From an uncultured Actinomycetota bacterium (GTDB taxonomy: Bacteria; Actinomycetota; Actinomycetes; Streptosporangiales; Streptosporangiaceae): a stretch of DNA of 64,000 nucleotides. The stretch's first letter is position 1; each line of letters starts with the position of its first letter. Below are positions 17,763-25,198 of this stretch, piece after piece. A program made the translations under genes and the position numbers. Under the pieces are notes generated by a model. The model did not search any database. It was not told the DNA's origin and saw only the letters and a program-made list of their open reading frames with translations. The stretch is from NCBI GenBank assembly GCA_963792725.1, contig CAWBXJ010000001.1, forward strand, positions 830,937 to 894,936, in the 5' to 3' direction.

Positions 17763-18991
17763 GCGTGATCGACGTCCGGGAAGCAATCAGCCGGGCCCAC
17801 CGTGAGGAGTGGGCGCGGGTGGTCGCCTCCCTGACCAGGCGTTTCGGTGACCTTGACGTTGCCGAGGAGGCGGCGGCCGAGGCGTTCGCGACCGCCGTCG
17901 GGCGGTGGCCGGCCGACGGCGTACCCCCCAACCCCGGCGCCTGGCTGACCACCACCGCCACCCGCAAGGCCATCGACCGGATCCGGCGCGAGACCAAGCG
18001 CGACGACAAGCAGAAGGAGGCTCAGCTGATGTACGACGACGACCCGCCCGGGCCTCTCGGCGCCATCGACGACGAGCGGCTCCGGCTGATCTTCACCTGC
18101 TGTCACCCGGCGCTCGCGATGCAGACCCGCGTCGCGCTGACGCTGCGCATGGTCGCAGGTCTGACCGTGCCCGAGATCGCCCGTGCCTTCCTGGTACAGG
18201 AGACCGCCATCGGGCGGCGGATCACCCGGGCGAAGGCCAAGATCAAGGCGGCTCGCATCCCTTACCGGGTGCCGTCGGCGGAGGATCTCCCCGCACGCGT
18301 CTCCGGCGTACTTGCCGTTCTCTTCCTTGTCTTCAACGAGGGCTACCTGGCGACCGGCCCCGACACCGATCCCGTACGTCACGACCTGACCGCCGAGGCG
18401 ATCCGGCTCACCCGCCTGATCCGTGCCCTCATGCCGCAGGACGGTGAGGTGGCCGGGCTGCTGGCGCTGATGCTCCTCATCGAGGCACGCCGCACCGCCC
18501 GGGTCTCCGCGGACGGCGAACTGGTCACCCTCGACGAGCAGGACCGCGGGACCTGGGACACCGCGCTGATCGCCGAGGGTCACCGCCTGGTGCGCGAGCG
18601 CCTCGCCGCCCGGGTGGCTCCTGGCCGCTACCAGATCCTCGCAGCGATCAACGCCGTCCACACCTCAGCCCGCGACATACGCGACACCGACTGGTCGCAG
18701 GTCGTCGCCCTTTACGACCAGCTTGTCCGCCTCGACCCCTCGCCGATCATCGCCCTCAACCGCGCCATCGCGGTCGCTGAGCTGGACGGCCCGGAGGTAG
18801 CACTGGCGGTCGTCGACCGTCTTGAGGACAAGCTGGCCGGCTATCACGCCTACCATGCGGCCCGTGCCGACCTGCTGCGCCGGCTGGGCCACAGCCAGAA
18901 GTCGCGCGCGGCGTACGACAAAGCCATCGAGCTGGCGGGCAACACCGCCGAGACCGCCTACCTGACACGCCGCCGCGACCAGCTGGGGTAG
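17759..18991 (+). CDS. ECF sigma factor with long TPR-like C-terminal extension (ECF42-like)
   Basis: Sigma regions 2 and 4 read WARVVASLTRRFGDLDVAEEAAAEAF...AWLTTTATRKAIDRIRRE and LRMVAGLTVPEIARAFLVQETAIGRRITRAKAKI. About 200 aa of helical-repeat tail follow. Confidence 0.88.
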   Translation: MSVIDVREAISRAHREEWARVVASLTRRFGDLDVAEEAAAEAFATAVGRWPADGVPPNPGAWLTTTATRKAIDRIRRETKRDDKQKEAQLMYDDDPPGPLGAIDDERLRLIFTCCHPALAMQTRVALTLRMVAGLTVPEIARAFLVQETAIGRRITRAKAKIKAARIPYRVPSAEDLPARVSGVLAVLFLVFNEGYLATGPDTDPVRHDLTAEAIRLTRLIRALMPQDGEVAGLLALMLLIEARRTARVSADGELVTLDEQDRGTWDTALIAEGHRLVRERLAARVAPGRYQILAAINAVHTSARDIRDTDWSQVVALYDQLVRLDPSPIIALNRAIAVAELDGPEVALAVVDRLEDKLAGYHAYHAARADLLRRLGHSQKSRAAYDKAIELAGNTAETAYLTRRRDQLG

Positions 18992-19093
18992 CGCCCGCGA
19001 ATCCCGATCGAACGCCCGGGCAGAAGCGGCGCCCGGCCACGACGCTCGCGGAGGCCGAACGGCGGGGATCCAGTGAGATTTTCTTACGCAGAG

Positions 19094-19120
19094 TGTCGGA
19101 CCGGGGGCGAGTCGTTCGTT
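19094..19120 (+). promoter_or_regulatory. candidate ECF-sigma-dependent promoter P2 (TGTCGG-N17-CGTT)
   Basis: The sequence is TGTCGGACCGGGGGCGAGTCGTTCGTT, 50 nt upstream of the second YciI start. See P1. Confidence 0.5.
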
Positions 19121-19169
19121 TATGAGGCGAGAGGCAGCCGGAGTAGGCCGCCGGGAACGGAGTCATCGG

Positions 19170-19544
19170 ATGGCGCGGTACCTAATCTCGTTCGACGACG
19201 GCGCGATGGACCACATCCCCGACGAGGACGGGCCTGCCGTGGGCAAGGCCGCGCACGCGGTGGTCCAGGAAGCCGTGAACGCCGGCGTCTGGGTTTTCGG
19301 CGGCGGACTCCAAAGTCAGAGGGCAAGCGTCGTGGCCATCGACGGGACGGTCACCGACGGCCCTTACCCGGAAACCAAGGAGGTCGTCGGCGGGTTCGCG
19401 GTCGTCGACGTGCCCTCACGCGACGACGCGCTGGCGTGGGCTGCCAAGATCGCCGCCGCGTGCCGCTGTGCGCAAGACGTACGGGAGCTCCTGCCCGACC
19501 CCGAACAAGACGCGATGCTCCGCCAGGCTGACAGGCGATGGTAA
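19170..19544 (+). CDS. YciI-family (DGPF-like) protein
   Basis: It reads MARYLISFDDGAMDHIP...VTDGPYPETKEVVGGFAVVDV. Confidence 0.85.
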   Translation: MARYLISFDDGAMDHIPDEDGPAVGKAAHAVVQEAVNAGVWVFGGGLQSQRASVVAIDGTVTDGPYPETKEVVGGFAVVDVPSRDDALAWAAKIAAACRCAQDVRELLPDPEQDAMLRQADRRW

Positions 19545-19652
19545 CGTCCCGACGACGTCTGATCGAAGGAGACCCGCCACGCTATCGCAAGACTTGCCTT
19601 GGCCGGGTCTGAGCACGCGGGTTTGCGCATCGACGGGGCACTAGACGGGGCA

Positions 19653-20768
19653 CTAGGAGTCCGCCAGCCACGCCAGGAAGCGGCCCTGCGACCAGCAACG
19701 GCCAATGGCCTCGGCGCGCAGAGCCGACCGGTCGAACACCGCCAGGCCGATGATGCTGTGGCCAGAGGCGCGGCGATCGCCAAGTGTCGGTATCGTCGGC
19801 GCGACTCCGACCCCCTCCGCTGACACCCACGCCACGGCCCGGCCGACTGCCGCTTCGTCGAGTCGGTGCAGGAAGCGCAGGCGCCTCTCGAGCGGGAAGT
19901 GCGACAGCGCCCACGTCGTGGTGACGACAGGCAGGGCGTCCGCGGGCACACGGGCGAAGGCGTCGGGCAGCACCTCGACGGCGTCACCTGGCAGCAGCAG
20001 CGCAGGGGCCGTTGCCGCCAACGCCATCTCCGCTTCGAGCCTCGCGACTCGCTCCGGCTGATCCGGCCACAGGCAGGCGCGCAACCATCGGGCGTCATCC
20101 GCGTCGGTCACGTCGACCGGATCGAGGTCGACACCGACCCGGGCGACGACCTCGGGTATCGCCCCGGTCGGGATGGGCCGGTCTCCCACGATCGAAGACG
20201 ACAGCTGCACCGGTGATGACGGATCGCCCAGCGATTGCCCGTTGCTGTACGCGATGCCAACGCGATCGACATTGAGATTGAGCCCGGCCGAACAACCCAC
20301 GTCGATCAGCCCAACCGCGTTCGCGCCTACCCGGCGCGCCGCTTCGGCAATGGCCGGATACAGCACGGCGCAGCGTCCGGTCTCGTTGGTCCGCGTCGGC
20401 CGGCGCACGGCGATGGCCACGACCGAGTCGGTCATTCGCAGGAGCGTGTCGATCGCCGCGCCAGCCGCAGCGTCGCCGTCCGCAGCGGCATAGGCCGCGG
20501 CGAGCGCCGGAGCGCGTCCGGCGAGGGCGAGGTCGTGCAGCGCGGCGAGGATCACCGTGGGGTGCCGCTTGCGCGCCGGCGCCGACTCGATGGCGCGCAG
20601 CGCCTCATCGGACTCACTCAGGGCGACGGCGACGTGCTCGTACAGCGGCGATGTTTCGGCAGCGTCAACCTCACCGAAGTGCCGGTACACCTGTGCGAGT
20701 GTGCGGGCCCTACCCACGGCTCCGGCGCATCCTGCGATCGGCCCTGGCATCCCGACGATTCTAGCCAT
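19653..20768 (-). CDS. DUF2332-family protein
   Basis: It reads FGEVDAAETSPLYEHVAVALSESDEALRAIESAPARKRHPTVILAALHDLAL...LIDVGCSAGLNL. Confidence 0.78.
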   Translation of the reverse strand: MARIVGMPGPIAGCAGAVGRARTLAQVYRHFGEVDAAETSPLYEHVAVALSESDEALRAIESAPARKRHPTVILAALHDLALAGRAPALAAAYAAADGDAAAGAAIDTLLRMTDSVVAIAVRRPTRTNETGRCAVLYPAIAEAARRVGANAVGLIDVGCSAGLNLNVDRVGIAYSNGQSLGDPSSPVQLSSSIVGDRPIPTGAIPEVVARVGVDLDPVDVTDADDARWLRACLWPDQPERVARLEAEMALAATAPALLLPGDAVEVLPDAFARVPADALPVVTTTWALSHFPLERRLRFLHRLDEAAVGRAVAWVSAEGVGVAPTIPTLGDRRASGHSIIGLAVFDRSALRAEAIGRCWSQGRFLAWLADS

Positions 20769-20831
20769 TGGACCGACAACCCTTCACCAGGATGCCGGAG
20801 GCGCTACCGATGACGGGGGGGTAGCTGCGGA

Positions 20832-21008
20832 TCAGGTGAAGCCCACGTTCAGGACGAAGTGCCCGATCCTCAGGTTCAGTAGTCCGCCGCCGGCCCAGTG
20901 CACGATGAATGCCAGCAAGATGATGGCCAGAATGACGACGACCACCCAGAAGAAGAACACGATGATGCCGGGGATGGCATACCCCGCTACACTTCTCGCT
21001 CTAGCCAT
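20832..21008 (-). CDS. hypothetical small membrane protein (58 aa; below ORF-track cut-off)
   Basis: Own translation gives MARARSVAGYAIPGIIVFFFWVVVVILAIILLAFIVHWAGGGLLNLRIGHFVLNVGFT. It has one strong TM segment and high GC3. Confidence 0.35.
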   Translation of the reverse strand: MARARSVAGYAIPGIIVFFFWVVVVILAIILLAFIVHWAGGGLLNLRIGHFVLNVGFT

Positions 21009-21134
21009 GGCCGCCAGCTACCCGCCGGCACGCGACTTATTCGGTTCCGAGACCAAAGACATTCCGACGATTTTTCAGAACCATTGAGCCGAGGTTAGCG
21101 CGGTCCGGTCCGCGCGCAGATGCCGCGGTTGCCG

Positions 21135-21917
21135 TCAGGCTTGTAGTGACAGCAGCTGGGCATTGACGGTGTGCCGGTCGACCACCAGCAATTGCCGGTT
21201 CTCCAGTGGTGTCCAGCCTGCCTGCGGCCAGCCGGAACTGGCGACGATCACCGTATCGGCTGTTGCCCGGTAGGCCAGGTCGAAGTACGCGGCGATCTCG
21301 TCCGACCGGCTGTACCCGTGCGAGCGCAGCTTGGTCTCCGGCACCCGGCCGCGGTCATACCAGCTGACCGCGTAGAGCTTGTCTGGCGACAGCAGGATTG
21401 CATTCAGGCTGTTCGGCTCGAATCTGCGGTCGATGTCTGCGGCAGCGTCTGTAATCGCGGCGACCATGTCCCCGCCATTCGCGGCCAGCCGCGACATGAT
21501 CAGCAGGAAGTAGCGCTCGCTGTCCGTCGTGCCGACAAGCTCGCGCTCTGAAGCCGGCGGCAGCATCTCGGGCAGCCGGTCCTGAGGGTGGATTGCGCCA
21601 TTATGGGCAAAGACATATGGCCCGCACCGGAACGGGTGAGAGTTGCGCTCGTTGATGCCTAGGCCCGGTGTCGCCCAGCGCAGGTGCACCATGCCCAGGC
21701 CGCCAAGCGGCTCGCAAGCCAGCTTCGCGAACTCAGGCTCACTGTCGGCGCGCAGCGGCGATTTGCGGATGACGGGCTCGGTGCCCTCGAACCAGGCCAT
21801 CCCCCACCCGTCGCCGTGCAGTGCGCACAGGCCGCTGAAATCGCTCAGGCCATCGGCACCGATCAGGTCTTCCAGCGACGCATCACCACCCGAGCAGTAG
21901 CCGAGCAGCCGGCACAT
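21135..21917 (-). CDS. class II (Ntn) glutamine amidotransferase-like protein (YafJ/EgtC-like)
   Basis: It starts MCRLLGY, so Cys2 would be the nucleophile after Met removal. It also carries HLRWATPG and NSHPF motifs. Confidence 0.82.
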   Translation of the reverse strand: MCRLLGYCSGGDASLEDLIGADGLSDFSGLCALHGDGWGMAWFEGTEPVIRKSPLRADSEPEFAKLACEPLGGLGMVHLRWATPGLGINERNSHPFRCGPYVFAHNGAIHPQDRLPEMLPPASERELVGTTDSERYFLLIMSRLAANGGDMVAAITDAAADIDRRFEPNSLNAILLSPDKLYAVSWYDRGRVPETKLRSHGYSRSDEIAAYFDLAYRATADTVIVASSGWPQAGWTPLENRQLLVVDRHTVNAQLLSLQA

Positions 21918-21931
21918 AGCCACCCCGTTCC

Positions 21932-22735
21932 CTAAAGGAATTTGCCCATTGCTCCAGCAACATCGATCGACGCGCCTGCGATGTAGCTCGCCCGATCGCT
22001 GGCCAGGAAAGCGACTAGCCCGGCGACCTCGTCGGGCCGGCCGAACCGGCCCAGTGGCACCTCAGCTGCCGCAAGCTGGCTGAAGAATTGCTCGGCCGGA
22101 ATCTCCGGTGCGCGGCGCTGGTGAATGTGTTCCCACTGTGGTGTCTCGACCAGGCCGATGTTCACGCTGTTGACGAGGATCCCCTCGCGGCCAAGCTCGA
22201 TCGACAGTGCCTTGGACAGGCTGAGGCAGGATGCCCGGTTCACCGACGAGGCCAGGAACGCCGGATCGGGGTACCGCCCGTAGACGGCATTGATGTTGAT
22301 CACGCGTGGTGCCGGACTGCGCCGCAGCTGTGGCAGCGCCGCCCTCGTGCACCGGATCTGCGCGAGCAGCTTCACCTCGATGTCGGCGTGCCAGTCGTCA
22401 TCGGTCAGCGTGCCGAACTGGCCCGGCCGGGCGCCGCCGGCGTTGTTGACCAGGATGTCCAGCCCGCCCATGGCTCTCACGGCTGCCTGGATGAACGCGG
22501 CAACCTGATCGGGGTGCGTGACATCGCACGTCATCGCGACGACAGTGCCTGACTCCGAGCCACGCGCGGCAGCTTCTTTCGTCAGCTCCGCAGCGGCTGC
22601 TGCCACTTCGTCGGCATGCCGGGAGCAGATCACCACGGCCGCGCCCTCGCCGATGAGCTCGGCAGTGATGGCCCGGCCAAGACCCTTGGACCCGCCAGTT
22701 ACGATCGCCTTGCGGCCGGCCAGCCCAAGGTCCAC
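21932..22735 (-). CDS. SDR-family oxidoreductase
   Basis: It reads KAIVTGGSKGLGRAI and NNAG, and has a YxxxK region. Its GTG start abuts the cupin stop (TAAGTG). Confidence 0.9.
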   Translation of the reverse strand: MDLGLAGRKAIVTGGSKGLGRAITAELIGEGAAVVICSRHADEVAAAAAELTKEAAARGSESGTVVAMTCDVTHPDQVAAFIQAAVRAMGGLDILVNNAGGARPGQFGTLTDDDWHADIEVKLLAQIRCTRAALPQLRRSPAPRVININAVYGRYPDPAFLASSVNRASCLSLSKALSIELGREGILVNSVNIGLVETPQWEHIHQRRAPEIPAEQFFSQLAAAEVPLGRFGRPDEVAGLVAFLASDRASYIAGASIDVAGAMGKFL

Positions 22736-23248
22736 TTAGGCTTCGCTCCCCAGGTCACCTGCGCGGGCGGCATCAGTCCCGTCCACCACCGCGCGGGCGG
22801 CATCAGTCCCGTCCACCGCCGCGCGGGCAAGCTTGAGCAGGCTCTCACGCGGCGGGGAGAACACGTCAATCTCCAGGCAGTGACTGTCCGTCGTCCACGC
22901 GCCGTGCGGAACCCAGGCCGGAATGACCGCGACATCGCCCTTGCGCATCGTGCGCTCGTCACCGTCCAGATCGAAGACCAGCTCGCCGTCGAGGATGATG
23001 ACGATCTGCTCTTCCTCGTGCACGTGGCGCGGAGCCTCGGCCCCTGGCTCGAAACTGACGAAGTTCGTCATCGCCCGCTGCCCGAGCACCGGCCGGAACC
23101 CCAGGCCCGGCAGGAACTCCACCGGCGTTATGTCATCGACGTTGACGTACCGCCCCTCGCCGGCCGGCTCGCCTCGCGCCTCCGTAGTGAAGTGGCTGTC
23201 AGCGTCGCCCCATGACCCGGTGGTGTCCGGACCGGTCACATCGCTCAC
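22736..23248 (-). CDS. cupin-domain protein
   Basis: It reads PGAEAPRHVHEEEQIVIILDGELVFDLDGDERTMRKGDVAVIPAWVPHG. Its GTG start overlaps the aminotransferase stop (GTGA). Confidence 0.8.
   Translation of the reverse strand: MSDVTGPDTTGSWGDADSHFTTEARGEPAGEGRYVNVDDITPVEFLPGLGFRPVLGQRAMTNFVSFEPGAEAPRHVHEEEQIVIILDGELVFDLDGDERTMRKGDVAVIPAWVPHGAWTTDSHCLEIDVFSPPRESLLKLARAAVDGTDAARAVVDGTDAARAGDLGSEA
22761..22828. repeat. 30-bp tandem duplication (2.3 copies) in the 3' end of the cupin gene
   Basis: GCGCGGGCGGCATCAGTCCCGTCCACC(A/G)CC occurs at 22761-22790 and 22791-22820, followed by a partial third copy. It encodes AVVDGTDAAR twice. Confidence 0.9.
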
Positions 23249-24483
23249 TTCGCCTCCAGAGCGGTCCTGAGTACCTCGGCGATCCGGCTGATCCCCACGT
23301 CAATGAGATCGTCGGCGACGCGGCTATAGGCGAGCCGGATCTGCGCTGTGCCCTGCTCGGCAGGGTAGAACGGCCGGCCGGGCACGTACGCCACCTTCCG
23401 CTGCCTGGCCGCCGCTGACAGAGCCACCGTGTCCAGGCCATCGGGAGCAGTCAGCCAGATGTAGAAGCCGCCGGCCGGTGTTGTCCATGTCGTGCCGTCC
23501 GGCATGTGCGCGGCCAGCGCCTGCGTCATCAGCGCGGCCCGGCGGGCGTAGAGCGCACGGGACGAGACGAGCTGCCGGTCCATGTAACCGCCACGGCCGT
23601 ACTCCTCGAGCATCCGCTGGCCGAGGGCGCCCGAGCACTGATCGGAGTTCTGCTTCGCCACCCCCAGCTGGCTGATGATCTCAGCCGGCCCCGCCGCCCA
23701 GCCCATCCGCACGCCCGGGCAGAACGTCTTGGAGAACGTCCCTGCTTGCAGCACTACGTCCGGGGCCATCGACCACATGCTAGGCGGTGGCGGGCGGTCG
23801 AAGCCGAGCTCGGAATAGGCGACATCCTCCAGGATCAGGAACCCGTACCGGCGGGCCAGCGCGACCAGATCGTGCCGCCGCTCGGCGCTCATGGTCAGGC
23901 CGGTCGGGTTCTGGAAGTCGGGGATGGTGTAGACGATCTTCGGCCGCAGTCCCCCAGCCAGCTGGCCGGCGAGAACGTCGACACGCATCCCGTCGTCATC
24001 GACCAGCACCCCGCGCACGTCCGCCTCGTAGCCGCGGAACGCCATGATCGCGCCGAGGTACGTCGGCGCCTCGACGACCACGACATCACCCGGGTCCACG
24101 TAACTCTTGGCGACCAGCTCCATGCAGTCGATGCCGCCGCTGGTGATCATCAGCTCACCGGCGCCGGGCGCCTGTCCCTGCACGGACGCCAGCCTGCCGG
24201 TGACGTAGTCACGTACCCCCGCCAGCCCTTCGGTCGCCGAGTACTGCAGCGCCACGCCGGGGTCGTCGGTAATCAGCCGGGCGGCGATTCCGGACAGAAC
24301 ATGAGCAGGGAACGTGGCCGGGTCGGGGAATCCACCGGAGAACGTAATCACGTCCGACGCGCCGGCCAGCGCCAGGATCGCGGTCATCTCCCCGCCGCCC
24401 AGGGCCTGCGTGCGCCCGGCCAGCCGGGAAGCCCAGTCGCGCTGTGCCGCACTCGGCGCGCTCTGCTCAGTCGCTGCGGTCAT
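23245..24483 (-). CDS. PLP-dependent aminotransferase (class I/II, ARO8/LysN-like)
   Basis: 412 aa. It reads YTIPDFQNPTGLTMS and has a GTFSKTFCPGVRMGW lysine region. Confidence 0.88.
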   Translation of the reverse strand: MTAATEQSAPSAAQRDWASRLAGRTQALGGGEMTAILALAGASDVITFSGGFPDPATFPAHVLSGIAARLITDDPGVALQYSATEGLAGVRDYVTGRLASVQGQAPGAGELMITSGGIDCMELVAKSYVDPGDVVVVEAPTYLGAIMAFRGYEADVRGVLVDDDGMRVDVLAGQLAGGLRPKIVYTIPDFQNPTGLTMSAERRHDLVALARRYGFLILEDVAYSELGFDRPPPPSMWSMAPDVVLQAGTFSKTFCPGVRMGWAAGPAEIISQLGVAKQNSDQCSGALGQRMLEEYGRGGYMDRQLVSSRALYARRAALMTQALAAHMPDGTTWTTPAGGFYIWLTAPDGLDTVALSAAARQRKVAYVPGRPFYPAEQGTAQIRLAYSRVADDLIDVGISRIAEVLRTALEAK

Positions 24484-24511
24484 TTCGTGCTTCCGTCTCT
24501 TGACAGCCCAA

Positions 24512-24525
24512 CTTACAAATGTAAG
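24512..24525. promoter_or_regulatory. 14-bp perfect palindrome CTTACAAATGTAAG in AT-rich divergent promoter region (candidate Lrp/AsnC site)
   Basis: Read from the sequence. It lies 7 nt downstream of a TTGACA hexamer (24500-24505), between the aminotransferase operon and the Lrp gene. Confidence 0.3.
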
Positions 24526-24612
24526 AATTTTGGCACACTAGATTTACAGAGGTAACATTCGCACCCTTAGTATAACTCAGATCGCAGGATCTGACGATGG
24601 GTTGGCTGGCAT

Positions 24613-25173
24613 ATGACGGCAATCTCTGCGCCCCTGGCGAGGCTGGCCGAGGTCTGCTCAGCGGCAGCCCCCAAGGTTGAGCTGGACGACCTCGACCTGG
24701 CCCTGCTGCGTGCCCTGGCCACTGACGCGCGGCAGTCGCAGCGCGCACTGGCTCGCCAGATCGAGATGTCACCGCCGGCCGTTGCCGACCGCCTCGGTCG
24801 CCTGGAGCGCAGCGGCGCTATCCGCGGCTACCGGGTCGAGGTCGACTGGGCAGCGCTCGGCTATCCGGTCGTCGTCTACCTGGCGGTCACCGCGGGACCG
24901 GGCATGGACCTGAGCGACATCATCCGGGCCATCGAGGCGCTGCCCGAGGCGCAGGACATGAGCGTCGTTACCGGCGGCCTCGACCTGCTCGTCCGGCTCC
25001 GGGTGCGGGATCACGCGCACCTGCGTGAGCTGCTGCTTGCCGAGATCTTCCAGATTAACGGCGTACAGCGGACCGAAACCTTCCTGTCCCTTGCCGACGT
25101 CGAGCCCGACAACTTCACCGCCGCGATGCTGGCGCAGATGAGCCAGCGCCGCAGCGAGGCCAAGAAGACGTGA
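24613..25173 (+). CDS. Lrp/AsnC-family transcriptional regulator
   Basis: It reads LDDLDLALLRALATDARQSQRALARQIEMSPPAVADRLGRLERSGAIRGYRVEVD and has a RAM domain. Confidence 0.9.
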   Translation: MTAISAPLARLAEVCSAAAPKVELDDLDLALLRALATDARQSQRALARQIEMSPPAVADRLGRLERSGAIRGYRVEVDWAALGYPVVVYLAVTAGPGMDLSDIIRAIEALPEAQDMSVVTGGLDLLVRLRVRDHAHLRELLLAEIFQINGVQRTETFLSLADVEPDNFTAAMLAQMSQRRSEAKKT

Positions 25174-25198
25174 GACGGCCGGATCGGAGGACAGCCAG

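Noticed and set aside
17540-18661. 373-aa minus-strand ORF opposite the ECF sigma gene
   Set aside because: It is antisense to a gene with clear sigma2/sigma4 motifs. The composition is low-complexity and G/R/P-rich. It is a shadow ORF. The same reasoning applies to 15362..16384(-), 25613..26728(-), 5490..6554(-), 4063..4827(-), 47309..48292(+), 49586..50866(+), 57156..58568(+) and 60487..61671(+).
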